In this document: in pieces, positions 47,163 to 57,048 of the stretch | Layout of the letters: every line of letters starts with the position of its first letter | How positions within the stretch are numbered: position 1 is the first letter of the stretch | Origin: Candidatus Latescibacterota bacterium | GTDB lineage: Bacteria; Latescibacterota; UBA2968 | Reading direction: 5' to 3' | Length of the DNA: 64,000 nt | Assembly (NCBI GenBank): GCA_038279365.1 | Contig: JAYODI010000003.1 | Coordinates: 38,123 to 102,122, forward strand | Notes under the pieces: model-generated | The model's database searches: none | What the model saw: the letters and a program-made list of their open reading frames with translations, nothing else | What the model was told of the DNA's origin: nothing | Position numbers and translations under genes: made by a program

Positions 47163-47705
47163 ATGAATATGGATGATTATGGAAAGGTTTTAAAAGCGGC
47201 GCATTTCGCGGCTGAAAAGCATCGCGATCAAAGGCGCAAAGATAAAGCACAAACGCCTTATATTAATCACCCTATTGCGGTGGCAGAAACATTGCGCCTG
47301 TTTAATATGGATGATGTGGATGTGTTGTCCGCGGCGATTTTACACGATGTGTTGGAAGACACGGATGCTTCTCCTGGAGAAATTGCCGAAGGCTTCGGTA
47401 TGGGCGTTTTGGCACTTGTGAAGGAGATGACGGATGACAAATCTTTGCCTAAGCAGACGCGTAAAGATCTGCAAATTGAAAATGCACATATGTTATCGGA
47501 AGGTGCCAAGCTGATTAAATTGGCCGATAAAATTTGCAATTTGCAAGACATGGTCAAAAGCCCACCTGAGGGGTGGCCGATGTCGCGATGTTTGCAATAT
47601 GTGGATTGGTGTGACGCTGTTGTCGAAAATATGGGGCGAGTACATGCGGGTTTAGAATCGCGTTTTGAAGCGGTAAGTGAAGAGGCCAGAAAAGCATTTG
47701 GCTGA
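47163..47705 (+). CDS. Stand-alone RelA/SpoT-type HD hydrolase (Mesh1-like small alarmone hydrolase)
   Basis: HxxQxRK, PYINHP, LHDVLEDT, TDDK, KLADKICN. Confidence 0.9.
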   Translation: MNMDDYGKVLKAAHFAAEKHRDQRRKDKAQTPYINHPIAVAETLRLFNMDDVDVLSAAILHDVLEDTDASPGEIAEGFGMGVLALVKEMTDDKSLPKQTRKDLQIENAHMLSEGAKLIKLADKICNLQDMVKSPPEGWPMSRCLQYVDWCDAVVENMGRVHAGLESRFEAVSEEARKAFG

Positions 47706-47827
47706 CATTTATGCGCGTCTAAATCGCCCATGTTTAATGGCCTGCCTATATTTCTTATGGCACATAAAGGGTGTGTATGTCAATTATTGAGTCATATGGT
47801 TTTATTGGGGGTGTTTGAAAATGAACC

Positions 47828-47860
47828 TGCGGGTTATTGTTATCGATAACCCGCATTTTT
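47828..47860 (+). terminator. Terminator-like hairpin
   Basis: TGCGGGTTAT/ATAACCCGCA followed by TTTTT. Confidence 0.65.
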
Positions 47861-47884
47861 GTCGTATGGATAGGAGGCTAACGG

Positions 47885-49486
47885 ATGATTTATGGCAAAC
47901 AAGAAGCACCGAAGCTTTTTAATGATGAACAAATGCGTCAATATATAACAGATGGGTATGTGGTATTTAAACCCGATGTGCCTCAGGATATACACGAGAC
48001 GATTCGTAAAAAACTTCAAGTGATGGTGGATGATGAGTTCAATTATGGAAACAATGTGTTGCCTCGTGTGCCTGAAATGGATCGTATTTTGAACAGCCCA
48101 GAAGTACGGGGTGCGTTGATCAGTGTGTTGGGGCCAGGGTATATTGAACATCCGCATCGGTTTTGTCATTATATTGGTCCAGATGCTGAAAAAAAGACAT
48201 TGGCGAAAAACTGCCATCAAGATTCTTATACGCCATTGGGAAGGCCGAGACAGCACTATTCTCGGTTTGCGCGCATTATGTATTATCCGCAAGATTCGCC
48301 CGTTGAAATTGGGCCTACCCATGCCATTCCTGGCACGCAATATCACAAATGTTTGACAGATGAAGATCGACAAAATACGATACCTATGGCAGGCATGGCC
48401 GGTACGGTGTCTGTGACACATTTTGATATTGGGCATGCAGCTGGTATCAATGAGATGCGTGCACCTCGACATATGATCAAATTTATTTATGTGCGCGCCA
48501 CCGAGCCCACAGCACCTTCGTGGGATTGTAAGGATATGATGTGGCGCAATCCTAAAAATTTTGATGCACCTTTTGATTTGCATTTGGCGTGGTCTCACCT
48601 GTGGGATTGGATGTGTGGCAAAACGGATTTATATGAGAGTTTTCGTGCTTTAAATAGCCACCCAATGGATGACGATCTTGGGGCTTTACTGGCTCCAGAT
48701 CGTGCCACACAAATTGCGGCAATGCATGCGGTTGCTGCGTCGATGAACACCGATGCCATTCCTGCACTGATACAAAAACTCAATGGCGAAGAACAGTGGA
48801 CACGTTTAACAGCCGTTTATGCTTTGGGTGCAATGGGCGAACCTGCCATACAGCCTTTGGTCGATTCTTTGGTTGCCTCTGCAGCAGATGTGGATGACGA
48901 CCCGGTGCCCAAACTTTGGAATGAGGGTGCGGTTTCTATGGATGATGCCGCACATGCACTTGCAGCAGTGGGACAATCTGCTGTGGATGCTTTGATTGGT
49001 TTGCTTGATCATGAAAGTGAGTGGGTGCGTATTAATGCGGCGTTTGGACTTGGAGAGATGGATTCTACAGCGGCCAAAGCAGTTCCTGCATTAACGCGGT
49101 GTTTGGATGACGGCTCTCATTGTGTGGTGCGTACTGTAACCGATGCGCTGAGTTCGATTCGGCAAGATGAGCAGACATTTATGCCTCCGCTTGGGCAGTT
49201 GCTCAAAATGGGGCGACCGGGCTGGCATGAGGATGTTCGAAGAGGCTGGACACCCTATGAGCAAGTGCGTATTAATGCGGCTATGGCATTTGTTCGTTTG
49301 GGAAAAGATGCGGCTTCGGCTGAAGATCTGTTGCTTGAAACATTGGCCGATCCCAATGGCCATGTTGCCGCACATGCTTTGGATGCTTTGCGTAGAATTG
49401 GAACGCCATCGGCTATGGACGGTGTTTTAGAATATCTGATGTCGCGAAGATGGGATGAGAGTTTGACCAAGGGTGTGACATTTTAA
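47885..49486 (+). CDS. PhyH-type dioxygenase domain fused to HEAT/PBS-lyase repeats
   Basis: HQD, YYPQD, GPTxxIPGT and a distal His, then repeated VRxxAAxALG helical units. Confidence 0.82.
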   Translation: MIYGKQEAPKLFNDEQMRQYITDGYVVFKPDVPQDIHETIRKKLQVMVDDEFNYGNNVLPRVPEMDRILNSPEVRGALISVLGPGYIEHPHRFCHYIGPDAEKKTLAKNCHQDSYTPLGRPRQHYSRFARIMYYPQDSPVEIGPTHAIPGTQYHKCLTDEDRQNTIPMAGMAGTVSVTHFDIGHAAGINEMRAPRHMIKFIYVRATEPTAPSWDCKDMMWRNPKNFDAPFDLHLAWSHLWDWMCGKTDLYESFRALNSHPMDDDLGALLAPDRATQIAAMHAVAASMNTDAIPALIQKLNGEEQWTRLTAVYALGAMGEPAIQPLVDSLVASAADVDDDPVPKLWNEGAVSMDDAAHALAAVGQSAVDALIGLLDHESEWVRINAAFGLGEMDSTAAKAVPALTRCLDDGSHCVVRTVTDALSSIRQDEQTFMPPLGQLLKMGRPGWHEDVRRGWTPYEQVRINAAMAFVRLGKDAASAEDLLLETLADPNGHVAAHALDALRRIGTPSAMDGVLEYLMSRRWDESLTKGVTF

Positions 49487-49541
49487 TAAGTTGTGATGTT
49501 TGATAATGGGCCTGTTTACATTTTGATAAGAGGACGTGTTT

Positions 49542-50534
49542 ATGGCAGACAAAGTTCGGTGGGGGGTTATCAGTACGGCGGGAATTGCGGAGAAGTCTTT
49601 TATTCCTGCACTTGGCGAAACGACTCGGGGCGAACTGGTTGCAGTTGCGAGTCGAGACCGCAATAAGGCAGAGGCATTTGCTCAAAAGCACGGTATTCCA
49701 AAGGTATTTGATGATTATGCCAGTTTGCTTGCAAGCAACGAAATTGACGCCGTCTATAATCCATTGCCCAATACAATGCATGCCGAATGGACGATTGCGG
49801 CTGCGGAACATGGCAAGCATATTTTTTGTGAAAAGCCATTGGCGATGTCGGCGGAAGAAATTACGGCGATGTCTGACAGTTGCAAACGCGCGGGTGTAGA
49901 ACTTGTCGAAGCGTTTGTATTTCTTTTTCATGACCAAACAATAAAATTGCGTCAGCTCTTAGACAGCGGTGTGATTGGAGGGATTACGGCCACACATGCT
50001 TATATGAATTTTAACATTCCTCGGCCTTCGGACAATATTCGGCTGAATAAAGGTTTGGGTGGTGGGGGGCTATTGGATGGTGGTGTTTATCCACTGACTT
50101 TTACGCGGTTTGTTTTTGGAGAAGAACCCATTGCGGTGCAGGCTTCATGCCTTTTTGATAAAGATTATGGTGTGGATTTGCGCACCAGTGCTGTACTCGA
50201 ATTTTCGGGTGGTCGGTTTGCCACGATTCAAATGGCTATGGATGGACAAGGTGGGCAAGGGGCATCTATTTATGGAGAGAAGGGTTTTATTCAGGTGGCG
50301 CAACCTTATCACCCACGCAAGGGTGCCCTTGTGTCTGTTAAATCGCCCGAGGGTGACGAGACATTTTCTGTTGATGTGGCTCGCCATCCGTTTACGCAGG
50401 CCATTGAGCATTTTCACGATGTGTTGCTCGATGGCAAAAAATTGGCTGTGCCTGCAACCAATGCACTGGGCACAATGGCAATTGTTAAGGCGATTTTTGA
50501 ATCTGCCAAAACGGGCAAACGTGTGACCCTTTAA
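49542..50534 (+). CDS. Gfo/Idh/MocA family oxidoreductase
   Basis: WGVISTAGIA, YNPLPN, CEKPLA, GGGGLLDGGVY. Confidence 0.9.
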   Translation: MADKVRWGVISTAGIAEKSFIPALGETTRGELVAVASRDRNKAEAFAQKHGIPKVFDDYASLLASNEIDAVYNPLPNTMHAEWTIAAAEHGKHIFCEKPLAMSAEEITAMSDSCKRAGVELVEAFVFLFHDQTIKLRQLLDSGVIGGITATHAYMNFNIPRPSDNIRLNKGLGGGGLLDGGVYPLTFTRFVFGEEPIAVQASCLFDKDYGVDLRTSAVLEFSGGRFATIQMAMDGQGGQGASIYGEKGFIQVAQPYHPRKGALVSVKSPEGDETFSVDVARHPFTQAIEHFHDVLLDGKKLAVPATNALGTMAIVKAIFESAKTGKRVTL

Positions 50535-50564
50535 GTGATGTGATGATTTCTATAAGGAGTAAAC

Positions 50565-50837
50565 ATGTGTAGAAATATAAAGACCCTTTTTAACTATATG
50601 CCTCCTGCCACAGAGGAAGAAATTCGGGCGGCTTCCGTTCAATTTATTCGCAAAATAAGTGGATCAACCAAACCTTCAAAAGTGAATGAAGCCGCTTTTA
50701 AAAAGGCAATTGATGATGTTGAGGCTACGGTTCGTGAACTCTTGAGAAACTTGGTTACAACTGCACTACCCAAGGATAGGGAAATGGAACGACAAAAAGC
50801 ACTGGCTCGATCCGCACAAAGGTTTGGTACGATATGA
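50565..50837 (+). CDS. DUF2277 family protein
   Basis: MCRNIKTLFN...PPAT...QFIRKISG...PSKVNEAAF. Confidence 0.88.
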   Translation: MCRNIKTLFNYMPPATEEEIRAASVQFIRKISGSTKPSKVNEAAFKKAIDDVEATVRELLRNLVTTALPKDREMERQKALARSAQRFGTI

Positions 50838-51919
50838 AGCATCTATTAGAACCCCTTCGTTTTAGCCACGGGCCCGAGATGAAGAATCGCTTTGTGTTGG
50901 CACCGCTGACAAACCAACAAAGCCATGAAGATGGCCAATTGTCTGAGGAAGAATTTCATTGGCTTACCTTGCGTGCCAAAGGCGGTTTTGGTTTAACCAT
51001 GACATGTGCATCGCATGTACAAGCCATAGGAAAAGGGTTTTCGGGGCAGTTGGGGATTTGGTCAGATAATCACATTGATGGATTACTGCGTTTGGCCACC
51101 GAGATCAAGTCGCATGAAAGCATTGCGATTGTGCAGTTGCATCATGCGGGGATGCGTTCACCCAAAGATGTGATTGGCGATACGCCGGTATGTCCGTCGG
51201 ATGATGAAAAGACGGGTGCTCGTGGGTTGACAAACTCAGAGGTTAAGATGCTTATTGCCGATTTTGTTGAGGCGGCAGTACGGGCAGAAAAAGCGGGTTT
51301 TGACGGCGTGGAGATACACGGCGCACATAATTATATTCTGTGCCAATTTTTTAGTTCTGAATTTAATCGGCGAGACGATGAGTACGGTGGCAGTTTGAAC
51401 AATCGGTTTCGCATTTTGTTTGACATTATTGATGGCATTCGCAGCAGGTGTCACAAAAATTTTATGTTGGGCGTGAGGCTTTCACCCGAGCGATTTGGCA
51501 TGCGATTGGGTGAAGTCATTGAGATGGCACAACGATTGATGACGGAAGACAATATCGACTTTTTGGATATGTCGCTTTGGGATGTGTTTAAGGAGCCCGA
51601 GGAAGAGGCTTTTAAAGGGCATACTTTGATGCATTACTTTACCCGATTGGATCGGCACAACACACGCCTTGGCGTGGCGGGTAAAATTCGCACACCCCAA
51701 GAGGCAGAAGCAACACTTGAGGCGGGTGCCGATTGGATTATGCTTGGGCGTGCGGCGATGTTGCAACATGATTTTCCCAATCGCTATCAGGCAAACCCTG
51801 CGTTTAAACCTGTTGAAGCACCAGTAACACGTGCGTATCTCACTCAGGAAGGGTTGTCTATAAAATTTCAAGATTATATTCGGCCACGGTGGCCAGAGTT
51901 TTTTGTGGATGAAGGGTAA
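50834..51919 (+). CDS. NADH:flavin oxidoreductase (old yellow enzyme family)
   Basis: NRFVLAPLT, QLHHAG, AGFDGVEIHGAH, NRRDDEYGGS. Confidence 0.92.
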   Translation: MKHLLEPLRFSHGPEMKNRFVLAPLTNQQSHEDGQLSEEEFHWLTLRAKGGFGLTMTCASHVQAIGKGFSGQLGIWSDNHIDGLLRLATEIKSHESIAIVQLHHAGMRSPKDVIGDTPVCPSDDEKTGARGLTNSEVKMLIADFVEAAVRAEKAGFDGVEIHGAHNYILCQFFSSEFNRRDDEYGGSLNNRFRILFDIIDGIRSRCHKNFMLGVRLSPERFGMRLGEVIEMAQRLMTEDNIDFLDMSLWDVFKEPEEEAFKGHTLMHYFTRLDRHNTRLGVAGKIRTPQEAEATLEAGADWIMLGRAAMLQHDFPNRYQANPAFKPVEAPVTRAYLTQEGLSIKFQDYIRPRWPEFFVDEG

Positions 51920-51960
51920 TTGGCTTTGCCCTTATTATTGCCACAGCGTAAGGAACTGAT

Positions 51961-53424
51961 ATGAAAAGTGAAACCGTATTAACAACAGCGCCCTCACCTG
52001 AAAGTTTGGGTATTCCTTCACGGGCGATTCTAAATTTTTTGCAACGGATTGATACCGAGCGCATTAATATGCATGGGTTTCTGCTTGTGCGTTGCAACAG
52101 CATTGCTGCCGAGGGTTATTGGGCACCTTGGACGGCAGATAGCAAACATCGGATGTATTCGATTAGCAAAAGTTTTGTCTCTTTGGCGGTTGGGATGATG
52201 ATTGATGAAGGCAAGCTCACACTCGATGATCGGGTTGTTGATTACTTTTCTGACAAATTGCCCCAAAAGCTTCATCCCTGGATTGCTGCTTCAACTGTTC
52301 GAGATCTTCTGATGATGGCGACTGCTCACTCGAGAACCTCTTATACGCGCGATGATCCCGACTGGGTGTGGACTTTCTTCAACCGACCTCCTTCACACCC
52401 TCCTGGAACGATCTTTTCGTATGATACTGCGGCCACCGTTGTGCTCACGGCCACTGTTGAGCGACTTGCAGGTATGCCCTTTTTGGATTATATGCGACCG
52501 CGTTTTCTGGATCGAATCGGATTTTCTTCTGATGCTTGGTGTGTTCGCACGCCTGAGGGGGGATCGTGGGGTGGGTCGGGGGTGATCTGCACGCTTCGCG
52601 ATTTGGCCAAAGTTGCGCTTACTTGTATGAACGGTGGCCTGTGGGGCGATGAACGGGTGCTGCCTGAGGATTATGTGCGTGCAGCAACGGCCAAGCAAAT
52701 TGACAATGCCCTTCGTGGAAACCATGGCTATGGCTATCAGATTTGGCGCGACAAAGAAAATGGATTTTCATTCCGTGGGATGGGCAGTCAGTACGCCATT
52801 TGTTTTCCCGATCAGAAGTTTTTGTTTACCTGTATCTCTGACACACAAGGTGCGCCGTCGGGAAGTGCCATACCTGATGTGATGCGCGAAGAACTCTACC
52901 CTCATCTTTCAGATACACCCCTTCCTGAAGATGGTGATGCTCACGCAGAACTTTTGGATAAGATCTCACGGCTTGCTGTTTTGCCAATACCTGGGAACAC
53001 GGATGTGCGGGTGACCTCGGAAGTGGATGGTGCTTGGTATGCATTGGAAGATAACCCGATGGGGATTACTCGGATGCGTCTGTCTTTTAAGGGAGACGTT
53101 GGTGTATGGGAATACACCAACGGTCAAGGTGATAATGTGCTGAGGTTCGGTATCGGGCGCGTGGTGTCTGGCACATTTCCGCAACGCAACTATTTTGGTG
53201 AACAGATTGGTTCTATTCCTGGCATTGAATATAAATGTTTAGCATCTGCCGCGTGGATCGACGCACAGACGCTCAATATGGAGGTCTATATCACAGACAT
53301 TCACTTGGGTGGGCTCAGGATATCTTTTGCCTTTAAGGGAGAGGAAGTAGGTGTCTTTATGACAAAACAAGCCGAGTTCTTCTTAGATGAATACAATGGG
53401 TTTGCAGGAGGCAAACGCCTTTAA
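51961..53424 (+). CDS. Serine hydrolase, beta-lactamase class C/NylB-like family
   Basis: SISK (SxxK), PGTIFSY, GYGYQIW. Confidence 0.85.
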   Translation: MKSETVLTTAPSPESLGIPSRAILNFLQRIDTERINMHGFLLVRCNSIAAEGYWAPWTADSKHRMYSISKSFVSLAVGMMIDEGKLTLDDRVVDYFSDKLPQKLHPWIAASTVRDLLMMATAHSRTSYTRDDPDWVWTFFNRPPSHPPGTIFSYDTAATVVLTATVERLAGMPFLDYMRPRFLDRIGFSSDAWCVRTPEGGSWGGSGVICTLRDLAKVALTCMNGGLWGDERVLPEDYVRAATAKQIDNALRGNHGYGYQIWRDKENGFSFRGMGSQYAICFPDQKFLFTCISDTQGAPSGSAIPDVMREELYPHLSDTPLPEDGDAHAELLDKISRLAVLPIPGNTDVRVTSEVDGAWYALEDNPMGITRMRLSFKGDVGVWEYTNGQGDNVLRFGIGRVVSGTFPQRNYFGEQIGSIPGIEYKCLASAAWIDAQTLNMEVYITDIHLGGLRISFAFKGEEVGVFMTKQAEFFLDEYNGFAGGKRL

Positions 53425-53485
53425 GGCAGGATCGATGGCTCTTGTTGTTTATTTTTGAATCGAATCATACTTATGAGGAGAAGTT

Positions 53486-54244
53486 ATGAAACTCTCGTTA
53501 TCGGGGCGTATCTTGCAAGGTGCGCAAGAGATGAGTACGTCTGATTTTATTCGTTTGGCACGTGATACAGGATTTGATTTGGTGGAACTTCGGGCAAATC
53601 AGGTGCCGCTTGAAAGCACAGATGATAAGTTGGTCGAGTTGCGTCAGGTGTTGGATGATGCGGGGGTTGGTGTTTCGATGATTGTGGTAGGCAATGCCGA
53701 TCAGGCCGTCTCGTGGGTAGGGGTTGCTCGTGCGTTGGGAGCGACCAATCTTCGGGTTAATGGCACGGTTGCAACTTTGGCACAGGCTGCAGAATCATTA
53801 CCCGATGATTTGCGATTGGTTTTTCAGATGCACAGTGGGTCACCGTTTGAGAATCTGGCTCAGGCAACGGATGGTTTGGCACAAATTTCCAGTAACCGAT
53901 TTGGGTTGATGCCAGAACCTGCCAATTTGCTTTTTGCTGGTGAAACCTGGCATGATGATTTGTTTGTGCCACTCAAGGGGCGTATTTATGGGTGCAATGC
54001 ACAAAGCATTGCACTGGATGAAAAAAGTGATACGGCGGTTAAAATGAATGATGGGCGACAGGTGCCTTTTTCACGATGCCCGTGGTCTGAGAATGAGGCA
54101 TTGGGTTTTTCGGCATTTGTTTCGGCACTTCGCGCAGTGGGATATGATGACTATATAAACTTTATTGACCCATCATACCCTGGTATGTCTGTGTTTGATT
54201 GGGCAAAAAGCACAGCTGCTTATGCGCGGGAATGTATGGGATAG
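53486..54244 (+). CDS. Sugar phosphate isomerase/epimerase (xylose isomerase-like TIM barrel)
   Basis: ARDTGFDLVELR, ALRAVGYDDY. Confidence 0.7.
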   Translation: MKLSLSGRILQGAQEMSTSDFIRLARDTGFDLVELRANQVPLESTDDKLVELRQVLDDAGVGVSMIVVGNADQAVSWVGVARALGATNLRVNGTVATLAQAAESLPDDLRLVFQMHSGSPFENLAQATDGLAQISSNRFGLMPEPANLLFAGETWHDDLFVPLKGRIYGCNAQSIALDEKSDTAVKMNDGRQVPFSRCPWSENEALGFSAFVSALRAVGYDDYINFIDPSYPGMSVFDWAKSTAAYARECMG

Positions 54245-54245
54245 T

Positions 54246-54631
54246 TTTGGCGAATATGGCGACATACTTCCTTTTGCGTGTCAGGCGCGAAAACTGAATC
54301 AGGTTTTTTTGAATCTGTTAAAAAATGCGTGTTAGGCCATAGAGGGGGCAGGGCAAATCACCATTTCTACAAATTTAAAAGACAATCAGGTTTATGTTGC
54401 CATTCGCGATACGGGAAGAGGAATTCGACAAGAAGATCTTGAGTCGATTTTTGATCCAAACTTTACCACAAAAATGCTGTTGTAAGGGCCAGTTTGGGGT
54501 TATCTATTTGTTATCAAATTGTTCAAGAACATCATGGGCATATTGGGGTTGAAAGTGAGGTTGGGAAAGGGTCGGTCTTTACGGTGGTTCTTCCTATGGC
54601 AACACAAGATAAATTGCATGAACAAAATTAA
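54246..54631 (+). pseudogene. Relic of a histidine kinase HATPase_c domain
   Basis: Reads LNQVFLNLLKNAC*AIEG...IRDTGRGI...IFDPNFTTK, then after a frameshift in the A run at 54470-54474 reads [35 protein letters not shown]. In-frame TAG at 54333-54335, no start codon or HisKA domain. Confidence 0.88.
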
Positions 54632-54646
54632 AAATAAGAGGTGCTC

Positions 54647-57013
54647 ATGCTGATTGGCATATGGAGGGGGATTTTGATTATGAGTTTTGTCATTGGACAG
54701 GTTTCTGCACTTGAGATACCACTCATTGTGGAAGAGACAACAGGAATGGATCGGGTGGGTAATGGGGTTAACTCGGGTGTGCCTTTGCCAGAGGGTGCTG
54801 TGATGGATGTGACCCAGTTGCGCTTACTCGATGCACAAGACAATGTGGTTGTTGCTTCTATTGAACCGCGTGCACGGTGGTTGAACGACAAATCGCTCAA
54901 ATGGGTGACGGTTCACTTTGTTGCAGATTTACCTGCACATGCAAAGGCGACCTATAAACTTGTGACCTCTGAGGCTTCTTTGCCCACATCTGAGCTTGTT
55001 GTAACACAGTCGAACAATGTTGTGACGGTGGTTACGGGGCCTGCTAAGTTTGTTATTCCCACAGATCGTTTTGCGCCGTTTGATCAAGTTTATATACGCA
55101 CCGACGTGGCAAAGGATTTCACGGATGCAGATGCACTGCTTCAAAAGTCAGCACGTACCATTTTGGTGGGGCGCAATGGTCTTTCACGCGTGGTGCCACG
55201 GGTTGGAGAATATGAAGGTGAATTTCGCACGGAGCGTGTGCGCATTGACGACGAGGTTTTTACACAAACGGCAGTGGTTCAGACTGTTGTTGTTGAAGAA
55301 CAAGGATTAGGACGTGCAGTTGTGGCACTAAAGGGTACGTTTTCTACAGATATTGCGACATCACTCGATTTTACAGCACGCCTATATTTTTATAGTGGTG
55401 TCTCTCAGGCAGAGATTACATTCAGTGTTCAGAACCGTCAGCTTGACAGTATGGCGCATTTTGTGGGCATTGAGCGATTGGCAGTGGAGTTGCCATTTAA
55501 AACGACGGGCAAGACACGTGTGAGTTTGGCTGTGGATGGCAATATTGTGTCTCATTCGCTGGATCGTGCGGATATGCGACTTGCACAAACACAGTGGGAT
55601 ACTTGTCGGCTCAATGGCAATGAGATTGGGAAGAAATATGATGGATGGGTTCGGCTTGCTTCGGAAGCGGGCACATTGACAGCGGGTACGCGTTGGTCTT
55701 GGCAAGTGCATCCCGTGGGGGCGCTGGTGCAGTCGGATGGGGTTGTTGCATTGGAACTCAAATCTGCAGATGGTGAGTTGGTGGAACTGTATACGGCAGG
55801 TGCCAAAACACGCTTCTTATTTTTACACTTTGCGCGAGGAACGGCTCCTGCCCCACAAGCGATCGCACAAGGCATACGTGATCCACTATTTGCAGTTTGT
55901 GACCCCAATTGGTATTGCCAAGAAACGCGTGTGTTTGGCGATTTGTATGCGAACAATATGGCACTTTTCCAACCGCAATATCGCGATGTGATTGCACGTT
56001 ATCAGGCGCGAATAGATGCGTGTTTGGCACGTATTGTTGAACAACGCCCTCGCCCGGAGTGGGAGGTAAATGAGTTTGGTTGGCTTAACTTTGGCAGTGG
56101 TTTGCACCACCGTACATGTGTGCGTGAAAATGCCCATGAAAGTTGGTGGGATAGCAATTATTACGACTTTCCGCATGCGGCCATTGTCAATTATTTGCGC
56201 ACGGGTAATCTCTTCAATTTAACGACGGCTGTAGAGGCTGGTTTACATTTGGCAGACCTCGATATTTGTCATAGTTTTCCGGGGCGTCCCGAACTGGCAG
56301 GTTCTCCACGGTCTGGACCTGTGGTGGGGCATTTTAGAAATTACACCCGTGGGCAAGAATTTATGGGGCATAACTCATTTACGTTTTATAAAAATGAATC
56401 CCTCTATGAACTCTATTATCTTACTGGTGAACGTTGGTTCCACGAGGTGGGATTGATGTCTTCGGAGTTTGCGATGACACATTGGGGCAAAGGCGCATTG
56501 CGCAATGTTGCTCATGGTATATGGGGGGTGCTAAGTGCGTATCAAGACACACATGAAAAACGGTATTTGGATCGGGCGCAATTTTTTGTCGATGCGTGGG
56601 CCAAACCCTGGCAAGATGAGTTTGATGGCAGTTTTAACGATCAGCTTTGGATGTATGGGTTGCAGTTTGAGGCCTATGACAAATATTTTCGTTTGACCCG
56701 CGACAAAGATACGGCACGCTATAATTTGATGGCTGTGGATGCGGTCATTGAAGAAGAAGTAGGTGATGGCAAGTGGAAAAATGGTGGCGCAGACAGCGGT
56801 ATTTGCCTTGCTGGGTATGGATATGCCTATGATTATACGGGCAATGTTCACTATCTAAACTATGGTTTGGATGTGCTTGAAAAAACAACGGATGCTTCTG
56901 GAGATCGGGTTAAAACTTTTGCACAACAGTTTCGTGCTTCGCCCTATTTTTTGAAAGTACTCACGGTTGATTACAAACCGGAAGCCGTGTTGATGCGTGG
57001 TGTAAATGAATAG
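54647..57013 (+). CDS. Secreted protein resembling exo-rhamnogalacturonan lyase PL26/YetA-like family
   Basis: Signal peptide ending VSA, SGVPLPEG...WLNDKSLKW N-domain, FGWLNFG, WDSNYYD, HLADLD, helical C-terminal region. Confidence 0.55.
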   Translation: MLIGIWRGILIMSFVIGQVSALEIPLIVEETTGMDRVGNGVNSGVPLPEGAVMDVTQLRLLDAQDNVVVASIEPRARWLNDKSLKWVTVHFVADLPAHAKATYKLVTSEASLPTSELVVTQSNNVVTVVTGPAKFVIPTDRFAPFDQVYIRTDVAKDFTDADALLQKSARTILVGRNGLSRVVPRVGEYEGEFRTERVRIDDEVFTQTAVVQTVVVEEQGLGRAVVALKGTFSTDIATSLDFTARLYFYSGVSQAEITFSVQNRQLDSMAHFVGIERLAVELPFKTTGKTRVSLAVDGNIVSHSLDRADMRLAQTQWDTCRLNGNEIGKKYDGWVRLASEAGTLTAGTRWSWQVHPVGALVQSDGVVALELKSADGELVELYTAGAKTRFLFLHFARGTAPAPQAIAQGIRDPLFAVCDPNWYCQETRVFGDLYANNMALFQPQYRDVIARYQARIDACLARIVEQRPRPEWEVNEFGWLNFGSGLHHRTCVRENAHESWWDSNYYDFPHAAIVNYLRTGNLFNLTTAVEAGLHLADLDICHSFPGRPELAGSPRSGPVVGHFRNYTRGQEFMGHNSFTFYKNESLYELYYLTGERWFHEVGLMSSEFAMTHWGKGALRNVAHGIWGVLSAYQDTHEKRYLDRAQFFVDAWAKPWQDEFDGSFNDQLWMYGLQFEAYDKYFRLTRDKDTARYNLMAVDAVIEEEVGDGKWKNGGADSGICLAGYGYAYDYTGNVHYLNYGLDVLEKTTDASGDRVKTFAQQFRASPYFLKVLTVDYKPEAVLMRGVNE

Positions 57014-57048
57014 CAGATATGGTGTGTATCGAAAGGATGTTTTTATAG

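Noticed and set aside
51961-53424. Antibiotic-resistance beta-lactamase or horizontally acquired island
   Set aside because: SxxK hydrolase without a signal peptide is more like an esterase or amidase. The slightly higher C content is not accompanied by mobility genes or flanking repeats.
54333-54335. Stop-codon readthrough or recoding of TAG in the kinase relic
   Set aside because: The same relic has a frameshift and no 5' end, and TAG terminates several intact genes in the window.
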